This document shows, piece by piece, positions 1 through 11,773 of a DNA stretch of 64,000 nt (position 1 is its first letter; each line of letters starts with the position of its first letter). The DNA is taken from assembly GCF_000143415.4 (NCBI RefSeq), contig NW_003314295.1, positions 463,512-527,511 on the forward strand, written 5' to 3'. Source of the stretch: Selaginella moellendorffii (lineage: Eukaryota; Plantae; Lycopodiophyta). The translations under genes were made by a program, and so were the position numbers. The notes under the pieces were generated by a model, which was not told the origin of the DNA, made no database searches, and saw only the letters and a program-made list of their open reading frames with translations.

Positions 1-1109
1 CTCGCTAGACTCTTTGGGACAACTTTTGGACGTGCTAGCCTCCACTGCATTGATCACAAACAAGCTCCCCATTGCACTACTTGTTGATGGATCCTAGGTT
101 ATATACAAACTGAAAAGGGTTGAGACAAAAGGGAGGCATATATAGCTTTTAGTACGAATATTCTTTATTTTATTCTGGTCTAAGCTGTTTTGCGTTCATG
201 TCTTAAGAAAAAAAATTATAATAATAAAAACATAAAGAGAAATAAAAAATATATTATGATTTAATATTTGAGCTTTTATCCTCATTGAAATGCCACATCC
301 ACTTGCATGGTTTCCTAGCTTGCTACTCCAAAGGTTCTAGGCATTATAAAATGATTAGAAAATCAATGCTAAAGTAAAGATAAATCTTTTTAGGTATATC
401 TTGAAAGTAAAATTGAATTGTTTGGCTATGAGGTATAAAATCCTAAACTTCCCTTCTAACATTATAGGTATTAATATAAACTTACTTCAAGGATTATTAG
501 TATTAAAAATATTAGTTAGGATTTTAATAATTGACAGCAAAAAGCAATATAAGTTTAAACAAGAAAAATATAAAAGAAATGTTACTTACAATGCTTACAG
601 AAATATGGCAACGAATATGTGATTTCGCATGGAAGCATTATATATTTACACATGTGTGAATTTATTTTTTTGTTTTGAGTTACATGCAAAAATATTATGC
701 ATACAATCACTTTTCAATTGGTATATAAGCAATCAAAATGCCATTGTGTTGTCATGAGATATGTTATATATGCATGGGGCATAACAACTCATATTACTAT
801 ATACACATCATGCCATATCATTTTAGACAATATAACATCACTGCAATTTAGCAAGGGTTTTTTTTCTCGTTCTTGTGAGTGCAAATTTATGATGAGTTAA
901 TTGTGATCATTTCTCTCCTCTCATTTCTCTTAGTTATAATCCATTTTTCATGGTTATTACTCATTTCTCACAACTATAGCTTATTTTTTGCAATTTTGGC
1001 TCATTTCTCACAACTTAAAAGTGTTATGCACCTTAATATATTTATTGCACCTCTCATTTTTTGTAATCTATTTGCAGTATAACACTTTAACTTAGTGCTA
1101 TAATAAATG

Positions 1110-1232
1110 TGATCGATTGGAGTGTAATGTGCAATCAATTGGAGTGCAATGGTGAGTGCAATCTATTGGAGTGTGGTGGTAAGTGTAATTAATTGAAGCA
1201 TAATGATGAGCTCAATCAATTGGAATATAAAG
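1110..1232. repeat. Degenerate ~27-bp tandem repeat (about 4.5 units, core CAATCAATTGGAGTG)
   Basis: Units caatcaattggagtgcaatggtgagtg / caatctattggagtgtggtggtaagtg / taattaattgaagcataatgatgagct / caatcaattggaat in an AT-rich, CpG-poor region. Confidence 0.7.
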
Positions 1233-1597
1233 GCAAAATAATTATTTAGTTTTTTCTCAATTTTGTAACTTTCTCTAGCATTCACTCACATAAAAGTTCC
1301 TTCATTTCTTCATTTGTTGCAAAACTATTAACTTACAAAGTATTTTTCATTACCTTTATCAAAGAGTGTTTAAAGAGCCTATAATATTTTAAAATCTAAC
1401 TTGCACATTTAAAAAATATCACCCAAAAACTTAACCCTATTGACATGTAAAAATAAAATCTAACATAGGATGCAAAAAATTATATATATAGCATTATTTT
1501 ATGAGTCACACACGTGTTACAATAATTTAAATACACATGTGTTTTATTTTCATATATTTTACAAATGTGAAAGATATTTTACTAAGTTATCTATCCT

Positions 1598-1628
1598 AGG
1601 TACATCTCCTATCTTGGGAGGTGTACCT
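1598..1628. repeat. 14-bp stem hairpin, possible Helitron 3' terminal hairpin (minus strand)
   Basis: aggtacatctccta-tct-tgggaggtgtacct pairs over 14 bp with two G.T pairs. On the minus strand it is followed 12 nt later by TTAG|T, a possible decayed CTAG|T. Confidence 0.4.
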
Positions 1629-1900
1629 CCCCTCAAAATACTTCAAAATTTAATAGTGTAAAGATATTAAATGAAAATATATTAAAATGTAAACATGATA
1701 ATTTTAAAACAATTAACTAAAACTTTAGAAATAATATAGTAAATTGTTATTAAATCATCTCTTCTAATAAAAAAGTATGCTTTAAATTTTTATAAAAAAT
1801 TCTTTAACATGCTCAGATAATAATAATTATTTAAATTTTAATCATAATTTTCAGTGGCAAATAGATCATTTTCAAGTTTTGGATCAAATTTTCATCCACC

Positions 1901-2860
1901 CTAGAAGGGAGTGGCATCGTAGAGAGGAAATGCCAGGTTGAGGATCTTCCTCAGCTCCTCCTTGGACACTTTAGCCTTGAGCGATCCAGCGGAGCTCCCC
2001 TCCACGATTGATCCGGGCAAGCCCAGCACGCTCCTACACATGCGCTGGAACTTGCTCCCCTGCATCTTGAAGCTCATCCCAAGCTCCTCGGACTTGGCTG
2101 CCGACCTCGTCTTTTTGAGCACCAGCACCACCACTGGCTCGTGGCGCTGCTGCTGCCGCTCTATTGACTGCTATTAACTGGGCATTGACTGGGCCGTTAG
2201 CTCGCCTGCTCTGTGTGATCCTCTTCTTCCTGTGCTCCTTTTTGAGCAGCAATAAGGAGAGCCTGGCTATGTCGGGGATATGCGTGGAGGGGCAATTCCT
2301 GTGCACCTTCACAAGCGACTAGGCGTGATGGGACTATTGTTATAAGTGGCACTACATCAAAGGCAACAGTGAGATTTGCAGCACTGGAGTTTGCCATCAC
2401 CTCAAATGCAATTGTATCGCCCCTGCAGCTGAATCGCGTAGTAAAATCCTGTTACTCCAAAGTCTCAATTGTTAAAAGTTTATTATATAAGCACACTTAC
2501 CAGAGAGAAGAATAGTAATTGGCACACAACAGTTACTTCAATAGTTTGGTTGTTTTTCACTTGCAAGGGCATTCGATGAGAAACAAAGAAAAGAAGAACA
2601 TTGAAAAGAGATTCTCCTCAATCACAAAGTTGAGAAGAGGAAGTAGAAATTCGTTTTTTCCTCTCTTAACCTGTCCTCCACGTCTTCCATAATTCCTAAC
2701 TGATGTTCCACATTTCATAATCTCTGTCCCATATCTTAGCAATTGAGTATTGATGTTCTTGATCAAGCCCCCCAAGGTCACTGGAGCGCTTCTACACATT
2801 TTCTTTGCACCAATAATACGGCATATCTTGGCAACTAACAACGCAGCATCGTTTCCTTCG
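1901..2860 (-). pseudogene. Disrupted lineage-specific gene of unknown function (coiled-coil-like exon; second copy at ~7490-8215 on +)
   Basis: Peptides LVAKICRIIGAKKMCRSAPVTLGGLIKNINTQLL and EVMANSSAANLT recur in inverted orientation at 7506-7703 and ~8175-8215. Coding-like GC content, but the frames are broken. Confidence 0.4.
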
Positions 2861-3068
2861 CTCGTAACATAGCTCTAGCTAGGGCTAAAGGAAGACTCAC
2901 GGCCATACTGAGATGGAACGCCACTAAAGCTCAAACACTAGAACTGGAAAGATCTCTTCATTGCCAGGTATATGAAGTACAAACAACAAAGGTTTTGTGC
3001 TCCTAGTTTTAGTAATGCTTGTGATACAAGATTGTGTTCGATCATCCCCCAAGAGGATGATTCGACGA

Positions 3069-3434
3069 TCAGTGGCGAGCTCTCTTGCTCGGCAGCCCGG
3101 CTTGTTGTTGCTGAAGCGCCAGTTGCCTTGTGAAGTAGTTCACCTCCTTAGCCAGTCGCCTCCTGTTCGCTTCCTCCTCTTGCTGGAGCGCCACGGCCAC
3201 CATCCGCGTGATCCGGTCGGCACGGGGAGGATCCAACGCCACCTCGTCCTCCATGTAATGGCAGTCCGGACTGAGCGCCCTCTTGTTGTTGGTCTCGGCC
3301 CAGTGATCATAGTCCTCAAAGTCGAAGCTATCGTATTGTTTCACCCGGATGCTCCTATTGTTACCAGCCTCGATCACCAAGTCGTCAATCATGCGCTTGA
3401 GCTCAACATACCGCTCAACGTCCACCGCCACCAT
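3069..3434 (-). CDS. Orphan 121-aa protein, copy 1 (C-terminal basic NLS-like SKRARH)
   Basis: Intact ATG-TGA ORF, near-identical to 6877-7242 and 11774-12139. Confidence 0.5.
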   Translation of the reverse strand: MVAVDVERYVELKRMIDDLVIEAGNNRSIRVKQYDSFDFEDYDHWAETNNKRALSPDCHYMEDEVALDPPRADRITRMVAVALQQEEEANRRRLAKEVNYFTRQLALQQQQAGLPSKRARH

Positions 3435-3574
3435 CTTCGATCTGCTCCGCTCGTGAGAAGTTCTTCTGGACTCCTTTTTACAATCATTTTTTCGCCAAAT
3501 TATTCTTTCATCATCTTTAAGATAAAAAAAAGGTTTTAACCAGCCTACTGAAATATTTTAAATTTGTTTTATGG

Positions 3575-3845
3575 AGCTCCGCCGATTTGAAGAGCTAGGA
3601 GCGAGGAGCCAGAAATTCGTGGATTCAACCAGAGTTTCGAAGACTTGTTTGGCCCCTGAATTTTCCCATCTTTCACTGAGCATCAACTGTCTGATTCCAG
3701 GATTTAACCTCGTCATCATCAACGCGTCCAATCCCGTCCTCTCAGTCCAGCAAGAGTTTCTTCCACCAGCTGGGACGCTTTGCATGTATAGCCCCTGGTA
3801 ATTAATCCGCTGGAGAAAGCTCCCACGAAAATTCGCCTTGCATGT
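3575..3845 (+). pseudogene. CemA-like/DLDG1 5' exon fragment (deleted, scrambled)
   Basis: gagctaggagcgaggagccagaaattcgtggattcaa and neighbouring blocks match pieces of 13640-14060 in mixed orientation. Confidence 0.65.
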
Positions 3846-4018
3846 GCGCGAAGATGCTGCTGCGGGGTTAAAAGGAGACTGCATAAACATGCACACACTT
3901 GTCAATTACAAAATCATGCAAGGAGAGTAGGGGAGAAAAACAAGAACAGTACACACACACCGAAACAAGAAACACCAGGGAAAAAAAAAGGTGGCAGCCA
4001 CACCTCCAATGATGTCCT

Positions 4019-5525
4019 CTAGATATGTAATTGTACATGGCACCCTCGATCTCGTGCAGGGCGCTTCATCCGCATGGGAGGCAGGACAATGGTCATCAGA
4101 TCAAGCCTTTTCCACGAATGCCTGCCAGTCTTCGTAACCTTTGGCTGACCGTCTTCAATCACGTAGTCCCTCAGCAGCTGTAGTTGCGACAGCGTTGTGT
4201 GGGCAGACATGAACGAAGACTGGTGTGGTACAGGGTGCGCCATCTATAACCACGGCGTTGGGGCTTTCAGGCATGGCCTCCTGGCGTACAACAAAAAGCT
4301 TTCAACAAAATCTTTGTGCCCATATGAAACATTTCAAGGAAAGATGTGTAATTCAATAGTGAGAAGGAAAAGAAAAGACAAGTCCTAAGCAAGAGAAAAA
4401 TTGCTCAAACACAGCAGCCACGGGCATTGCAGCAGAAGGCCCAGCTCTGGAATGTAGGAGTCCACAATGTCAAGCCTCCGCCTCACGAGCCTCAAGTTGG
4501 GCCTGAAGGTGACGAAGGACATATGGTTGTTCACAACAGTGAATGTCCGATCACTTGTTGAGAGGAGGCGTAGTCCTCAAAGAGCTCCCCACGCGCAGAA
4601 GAAAAGTCAATCTGGGCGAGATTGGCCAGGGAAGCATCCATCTTCCCGGATGCGAAGACCTTGCTTGTAAACATAGTGCGGATGTACCTGGAAGCAAAAG
4701 CTATCGTCGGAGCGAGAATTTTGGACGGCTGTAGAAAACTTTGTCCGCCAACTCCTCACGCCCCGTCACCAGGAAGCTCGACACTGCTCTTTGCTGTCTA
4801 TCCGTCACAGTGCCCAAATCCTGGAAAAAATGCGGAGCTATGCCAACACAGACGTAAAGCCGTGCCAGGAAATGTGCTGCTGAGAAATCTCCGGCCGTAA
4901 GTGCTCCTGAAATTCCCCGCCTGGTGCTTCCTCTTGAACGCTTTCAACAGCTCCGAAGGCTTCCAGGCATCCATATGGAAAGTCACAAACCGGCCTCGTC
5001 CATTGTCGCCTCAGCGGCATCAGCACCATTCATCCGGGATGGACTTGTAAAGAGGACCGTCCTTCCTCGCGTGCCTCTATATCCTTGAAAGCTATCGTCC
5101 ACAAGGAGCCACGTCCCTGCTAAGCTCAACAGGTCTGTCGGAACTTTATACGAGAACCGGACCTCTCCGCCCGGCGAGATGATGATGAAGGCCCTGGCGT
5201 CCGCAAACAGTTGCACTAAAACGTATGCTCCAGCTAGTTCCGCGTCGCTGAGGAGCTCGCGAACGAAGTACCAGATGCAGCACGACTTTCCTATCCCCGG
5301 ATTACCGGAGATGTGCGCGAAGGTGCTGCGGGCGTGTCTCAGCTGACGATAGATCTTCTCGTAAGACTTGCGAACGAGGATGTCGGCAGGGTTGGCTGTG
5401 AGCTCGGCTATGACGGCAGGGAGCCTCAGAAATCCTTCCGCATCCCGACCCCTGCACAGGTGCGAGCTGGTGTCCGGCGGGAAAATCTTGTCCTTGGCAA
5501 AAGGGACTGCGTAAACACGCACACA
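4019..5525 (-). pseudogene. Crinkler/RHS-type P-loop NTPase plus restriction-endonuclease-like effector, frameshifted
   Basis: Minus-strand motifs in order: ILVRKSYEKIY, Walker A HISGNPGIGKS, Walker B WLLVDD, TVLFTSP, FHMDAWKPSEL, FASRYI...RGELFEDY, DIVDSYIPELGLLLQ. They are spread over several frames. Confidence 0.7.
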
Positions 5526-5704
5526 CTTGTCAAAATTACAAATCATGGAAGAGCAGAGGGAACATACACACAACGAAAACAAAAAGACTGTATTGAAATT
5601 CCTGAGATACATCTCCACTCCAGGAGCTAGGACAAAGTCAGGGCAGCACTGGCGCTTCAGCCACTTGCGGATGGCAATCTCATGCGGCACATTAATTAAC
5701 AACC

Positions 5705-5848
5705 GTGAGCATGAACTTCTCACGAGCAGAGCAGATTGAAGATGATGGCGGTGGACGTTGGGCGGTATGTTTCGACGACTTGGCGACGATAGTTTCGACT
5801 TTGCGGACTATGATCACTGGGCCGAGACCAACAACCAGAAGGCGCAGG
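5705..5848 (+). pseudogene. Internally deleted fourth copy of the 121-aa orphan ORF
   Basis: gatggcggtggacgttgggcggtatgtt...gactatgatcactgggccgagaccaacaac matches 6877-7035 with deletions. Confidence 0.75.
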
Positions 5849-5864
5849 CAATCCCATCCTCTCA

Positions 5865-6792
5865 CTTGCACTCGATTGAGTATGATCAGCAGCATCACCA
5901 CCACCAAATCAGACCACTGTTTTGATTCTCTGCTTTCACTTCCTCGACCAATTCTACCCTGGAAAACAGTTTGAGCGATGGAAAAAAAAGCGAGGCCTAG
6001 AAAACACTTCCGCTTCGTCGTGAAGATGCTGGTTAGTATCTCATCGGAAAGGGAGGAGCGATTCCAATCTTGACCTCGAACATCAAACGCTTCTCTTTGT
6101 CCTCCAGTGGAGGAACCATTCTTTTGGTCACGTGAGAATCCGTGACGTCGATGCCTTGGCCAGGAATGGTACGAGCTCGACATATCTACACAGGACTAAA
6201 AGCAAAGCTGTGAGTGACAAAACCATCACCTCGAACATAACACTGGAAAACTAAATTTGAAGGAAGAAAACCAGCTTACTGTCGATCTTGCTGCAGACCT
6301 TGCAAATTCCCTCTTCCTGGTGCCACTTAAGAAACTCTTGGAACAAATCCGAGAGTGGCCTCATTGCGTTACTAGCCTTCCCAGAGCTATCCAGCTCCAA
6401 CCCAAGAAATTTTTCTTTCTTGCGGAGTGCTGGACCTCGTCAACTTCTCCCTGATTTCGAGGAATGCGAGGCAAATTTTCTTAGGAGCTTTCTCCAGCGG
6501 ATTGATTACGAGGGGCTATGCATGCAAAGCGTCCCAGGAGAGAAAGCTGATGGAAGAAACTCTTGCTGGACGACTTGGACTGGTGGGGAGAGAACGAGAT
6601 TGGACACATGATGCTCGACGGACGGCAAGAAGATTAAATCCTGGAAGCAGAGAGTTGACGCCATCAACGAGCTCAGTGAAAGCTGGGAAAAATCAAGGGA
6701 CAGAAGCGAGTGAAATTCCGCTTCCAATTGCTTCGAAACTCTGGTTGAATCCGAGAATTTCTGGCTCCTCGCTCCTCAAATCAGTGGAGAGC
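5865..6792 (-). pseudogene. CemA-like/DLDG1 partial pseudogene copy
   Basis: Colinear with 12765-14065 (ESRESKQWSDLVVVMLLIILNRVQV, KRLMFEV block), with many deletions and frameshifts. Confidence 0.85.
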
Positions 6793-8215
6793 ATAAAACA
6801 AATTTTAAAATATTGAAATTGTTTTGTATAGGGTTTGTGATTGTAAAAGGGAGACTACGAGCAGAGCAGATCGGAGATGGTGGCGGTGGACGTTGAGCGG
6901 TATGTTGAGCTCAAGCGCATGATCGACGACTTGGCGATCGAGGCTGGTAACAATAGGAGCATCCGGGTGAAACAATACGACAGCTTCGACTTCGCGGACT
7001 ATGATCACTGGGCCGAGACCAACAACAAGAGGGCGCTCAGGCCGGACTGCCATTACATGGAGGACGAGGTGGCGTTGGATCCTCCCCATGCCGACCGGAT
7101 CACGCGGATGGTGGCCGTGGCGCTCCAGCAAGAGGAGGAAGACAACAGGAGGCAACTGGCTAAGGAGGTGAACCACTTCACAAGGCAACTGGCGCTTCAG
7201 CAACAACAAGCCGGGCCACCGAGCAAGAGAGCCCGCCACTGATTGTCGAATCATCCCTTGGAGGGATGATCGAAAACAATCTTGTATCACAAGCTCCAAC
7301 AAACGTGTGAACAAAGCAAGCTCCTACCAAGGACAAATTTTTGTTGTTTGTACTTCCATATACCTGGCAATGAAGAGATCTTTCGAGTTCTATGAGCTTT
7401 AGTGGCGTTCCATCTCGCAGAATATGGCCGTGAGTCATTTGGGCCTTCCTTTAGCTAATAAGCCCTAGCTAGAGCTACATTACGAGCGAAGGAAACGTTG
7501 CTGCGTTGTTAGCTGCCAGGGTATGCCGTATTATTGGTGCAAAGAAAATGTGTACAAGTGCTCCAGTGACCTTGGAGGGCCTGATCAAGAACATCAATAC
7601 TCAATTGCTAGATATAGAAGAGAGATTAGGACAGAGATTATCAGTTAGGAATCTGGAAGAGAGGGTGGATGACAGGTTAAGAGCGGTGGAAGACAAGCCT
7701 TAGGCAACCAGATGAGACGGGAAATTGACCTCAAGTAATGGCAAAGTCTATACTGATGAATTCAACGTCTAAAAAAGGTAAGGAAAAAACGTTTGGTTAG
7801 TTTTTTTGAAAAAAAACAATGCGCCTACTCCCTCCTCAACTTTTTGATTGAGGAGAATGGCTTTTCAATGTTCTTCTTTTCCTTTTTTATCATCGAATGC
7901 TTGTGTTCTCGCTCCTGCTTCACCACTGCCCTTGCAAGTGAAAAACAACCAAACCACTGAAGTAACTGTTGTGTCAATCATGTTTTCTTCGAATCGAAGT
8001 ACTATTCTTACGCTCTCTCTGGTTCCACTTGCGAGAACAAACATGAATTTAGAGACGAGTCGTTTAACATGAGTTCTTTGGAAGTGTGCTTACGAACTTT
8101 TAAGAACAGATTAAGGGAATAGAGACTTTGGAGTAACAGGATTTTACCATGCAATTCAGCTGCAGGGTTTACTTGAGGTGATGGCAAACTCCAGTGTTGC
8201 AAATCTCACACTTGC
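6465..8215 (+). repeat. Right arm of the inverted duplication (partner ~2370-3845)
   Basis: See left arm. Confidence 0.85.
6877..7242 (+). CDS. Orphan 121-aa protein, copy 2
   Basis: Intact ORF MVAVDVERYVELKRMIDDL...PPSKRARH. Confidence 0.5.
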   Translation: MVAVDVERYVELKRMIDDLAIEAGNNRSIRVKQYDSFDFADYDHWAETNNKRALRPDCHYMEDEVALDPPHADRITRMVAVALQQEEEDNRRQLAKEVNHFTRQLALQQQQAGPPSKRARH

Positions 8216-8444
8216 TGCCTTCACAGGAAGCGCCCCTCCACACATATCCCCGCCATAGCCAGGCTCTCCTTGTTGACCACTCCAGGTTGACGAGCAAGTC
8301 CATGAGGTGAGCTTAACCATTTTGGAGAATATATATTCCATTTCCCACTAAGGCTGTGGGTGGTAATGTTTTTCACAGGGTTAGTAGCCTCACGAACTGT
8401 TGTTGATTTCTTCGAACATGGCATGGTTTAGATGCTCTAAGACG

Positions 8445-9290
8445 AAATGGAAACATCGCTTCTTTTCGTCCAAGAGGAGAAACGAAGAACGAACAATATG
8501 GAAAGTACCTGAGGAAAATGTCTGAGAAAAGAATGATAAAGAATGGCTTTCCAATGTCTGAAAGATTGGAATACTTGAGTAACTCATAAGCTCCACCTTT
8601 AAAGTTAGAAGTTAAAACACAACAGCCAAGAGTGGCAAATCCATTTACTTACTTGGACTGGACTGAGTATGATCAGCACCATCAACACCACCGAATCAGA
8701 CGAGACGCTTGCAAAGTTGCTTCGATTCTCTGCTCTGACTTCCTCGACCAATTCTAGCCTAGAAAAACAACTTGAGCGAAGAACAAAGAAGCAAAGCCTG
8801 GAAACCATACGCTTCGTCGTGAAGATGCTGCGGTAGTTTAGTTTCTCATCGGAAATGGGGAGGAGCGATTCCAATCCTGACCTCGAACATCAAACGCTTC
8901 TCTTCGTCCTCCAGTGGAGGAACCATTCCTTTGGTCACTTGAGAATCCGTCACGTTGAATGCCCTGGCCAGGAATGGTACGAGCTCGACATGTCTAAACA
9001 GGACTAAAAGCAAAACTGTGAGTGACAGAACCACAAGGAGCACAGAAGCTACTGCGCATGAAAGAAGAGGAGCTTAAGTTCCTTCGGTCGGAGCTGGATA
9101 GCTCTGGGAAGGCTAGGAAAGCTTCAAGAAGGGAACGAGCACGCAGCCAACGAAGTTTTCAAAATGAGGCACGCAGGAAACTTCACATATAATAAATTTG
9201 AAGGAAAGAAACTCGATCTTACCCAGGAACTTGCAAACCCCCTCTCGACCTTGTTTTCCTGGTGCCACTTAAGAGGCTCTTGGAACAATC
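8445..9290 (-). pseudogene. CemA-like/DLDG1 partial pseudogene copy (introns retained; small internal inversion at ~9060-9123)
   Basis: ELVPFLARAFNVTDSQ, LELVEEVRAENRSNFASV and ELMSYS exons match 12550-13400. The KEEELKFLRSELDSSGKARKA piece lies on the opposite strand. Confidence 0.85.
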
Positions 9291-10680
9291 CTATCTCCGG
9301 ACCTCCTTCAGGCATATGCCCAGAGGAGTCTTTGACAGCCAAGGACGTGGTCGCGTGGACGGCTATGGTGAATGCCTACGCAGAGAACGGTGTTGTGGAC
9401 CTCGTGCAATGTATGTTCGAGAATAGACCCGTGAGGAACGTGGTGTCGTGGAATTCCATGAGTTTTGCATATACCCAGAGCGGGCATTGCAGTCAAGACA
9501 TGGAACTCTTTCAAATCATGCCTGCTCACAACGAGTACACGTGGAAGGTTATGACTCCTCGCTAGGGTCTCAGTGTCAACACGGGCAAGGCTATGGTTGT
9601 GTTCCAGAGCGTCGGCGCAAGAACGCTAGCTGCCTAGAACGCTCTAATCTCGGCATTTGCCCAGGATGGGGATTTTTCCATAGTGAAAGATCCCTTTGAC
9701 GCAATGCCTGCTCGCAATATTGTGTCGTGTAAGAAACGTGATTTCCTGGACAAGTATTCTGAAAAGTTACGCGGATGCATGGAACCTTAACGAGGCGAAG
9801 CGACTATGCCAGAGCGAAGCTCAATCACCTGGAGCGTGACGCTTCAAGCATTTGCAGGGTTTGGGCATGCAATAGATGGCGAGAGTTTGTTTCATGCGAG
9901 AAGCCTCACTCGGCGATCCCAGTTGCTTGTCAGCCTGGACCAACATGATTGTTTTATAAGATTGACAAAGCTCGAGCAGTGTTTGATGCTTTGGCGTGCC
10001 TGGACATGGTCTCCTGGAACACCATGCCCGCTTGCTACGCACCTGACGTCCACCACTGCAAAGATTTCTTTGAACAAATGCCCGGCCACAACCTGGTGTC
10101 TTACAACACTCTCTTGTCCTCGCTGGTCAGCCGCAGGTTATCCGAGGAAGCAGTGAAAATCTTCGTCGAAATGCCAGAGATAACATACAGTGTGATGATG
10201 CAAACTTATGCACAGGAAGGCCAGCTTGCGAGTGCCAGGGACATCTACGATCGCAACTCAGTGGCTCTCATCACCGTGATCTTGGCACTCGCCCCGAGAA
10301 CAGCGTTTGAGCGATTTGAAAAGAAGCAGGAGGCCTGGAGCTCGATCATCGCGGCCTATGTCCAGAACGGACGCGGGACTGGATCTCTTTCGAGAGATGA
10401 TCTTGCTGGCTTTCAAGCCAGACGAGACCATCTTCACGACAAATCTAGCAGCGGCAGCGAGCCAGCTCGAGCAGTGTTGCCGAGATTTTTTGTCCATGAT
10501 CGCAGACTTTGGGATCTCTCCCAGGATCGAGCACGCAATGGGGCGACCTGGTCAGCTGGAGCAATCCATGCCATTTGTTCCACAACCGGGCTTGTGGATG
10601 GTTCTTCTGGGCTCGACATGCAAAGGTTGTGGAAATGTCGGCTGGAAAATCCGGGATAATGCCAGGTTGACAACCAACAA
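9290..10680 (+). pseudogene. PLS-class PPR pseudogene
   Basis: DVVAWTAMVNAYAENG, RNVVSWNSM, DMVSWNTM, NLVSYNTLL, WSSIIAAYVQNG, MIADFGISP and MPFVP motifs are spread across frames with stops. Confidence 0.85.
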
Positions 10681-11429
10681 TCCTAGTCATCCCGGAGATG
10701 CGGGTGTTGTGCCATGTAAGCTGAAAACCTATCCCACCAGCCAAGGCGCAATAGAGGAACACTGGTATAAAAGAAATGGAGTGGGAGGTATGGTTAATCC
10801 GGGAGAGCCCGAAAGGGCGCTTGCATCCCTCGGGTTGCTTAGTAAATGGGGTCGCTGACCCTTGACCACTTGGCCCCCCTCGTCGGTGACCCAGTAGTGC
10901 TAAGTCGGTATGGTCAACTCCACCGTGACCTACCGGATAGCGCTTGGTACCCAGGGCGCCCACGGAGGCCCGATATCTTTTGCAAACATTTCTTTGATCT
11001 TCCTTTCTGGAATTTCTTGGTGCGCCAGGCCTTGAAGTAAAATTTTTCACTCATCTGGGAGGAAACGAATGTTTGCGGCACAAGGCGGTTCTCGGACCAT
11101 CAAAGCTCAACCTAATGCGTTATGTGGATGATGCTTCTCTCTCTTTCTTTTTCCCGTACAAGCAAGGATGGCACTTTCAGGGCCTGAGAAAATTGTGCTC
11201 CAAACACGTTACACTTGTTTGCAAGTCGGGCAAGTGTTACTGATTATGAAGAAAGGTCTCCAAGCTAAAGAGGCTTGAGGAGGGATGTCTTCTACAAGAA
11301 CAATAGCATCGATGAGGCTAATAAAGAGCTAGAATAAATAATGACTCCAGAAGCTTATGGATAAATAAAACATTTATAAGTAAACCACCATTTCCTTTCA
11401 AAAAATAAAGGTGAAAAATAAAGTATGCC

Positions 11430-11625
11430 AAAGCTATCTAGCTCCCACCGAAGAAATTCTTCTTTCTTATGGAGTGCTGGATCTCGTCAACTTATCCCTG
11501 ATTTCGAGGAGTGTGAGGCAAATTTTTGTAGGAGCTTTGATTACCAGGGGCTACACATGCAAAGAGTCCCAGGAGCGAAAGCTGATGGAAGAAACATACC
11601 GCTCCTGAGCTCTTCAAATTTTAAA
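11430..11625 (-). pseudogene. Short CemA-like/DLDG1 5' fragment
   Basis: Matches 6385-6560 and 13440-13530/14030-14050 (aaagctatctagctcc, gctcctgagctcttc). Confidence 0.65.
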
Positions 11626-11773
11626 ATATTTCACTAAACCGGTTAAGTTGCTGAAAACCTTTATCTGAAAGATGGTGAAACAATATTTGTTAGTATATCC
11701 GTTTGTTTCGTATAGGGTTTGTGATTGTAAAAGGGAGACTAGAAGAACTTCTCACGAGCAGAGCAGATCGGAG

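Larger units (their letters stand above)
2370..3845 (-). repeat. Left arm of a large imperfect inverted duplication (partner ~6465-8215)
   Basis: The reverse complement matches 6465-8215 block by block (121-aa ORF, DLDG1 last-exon piece, GAKKMC exon, MANSS exon), with indels. Confidence 0.85.

Noticed and set aside
1-1900. Short ORFs in the AT-rich region
   Set aside because: Low-complexity I/K/L/F-rich translations with no motifs; chance ORFs.
2997-3539. Antisense ORFs over the 121-aa gene (also 6805-7314 and 11690-12562)
   Set aside because: Shadow frames with variable starts and ends between copies; 11690-12562 only borrows one true DLDG1 exon.
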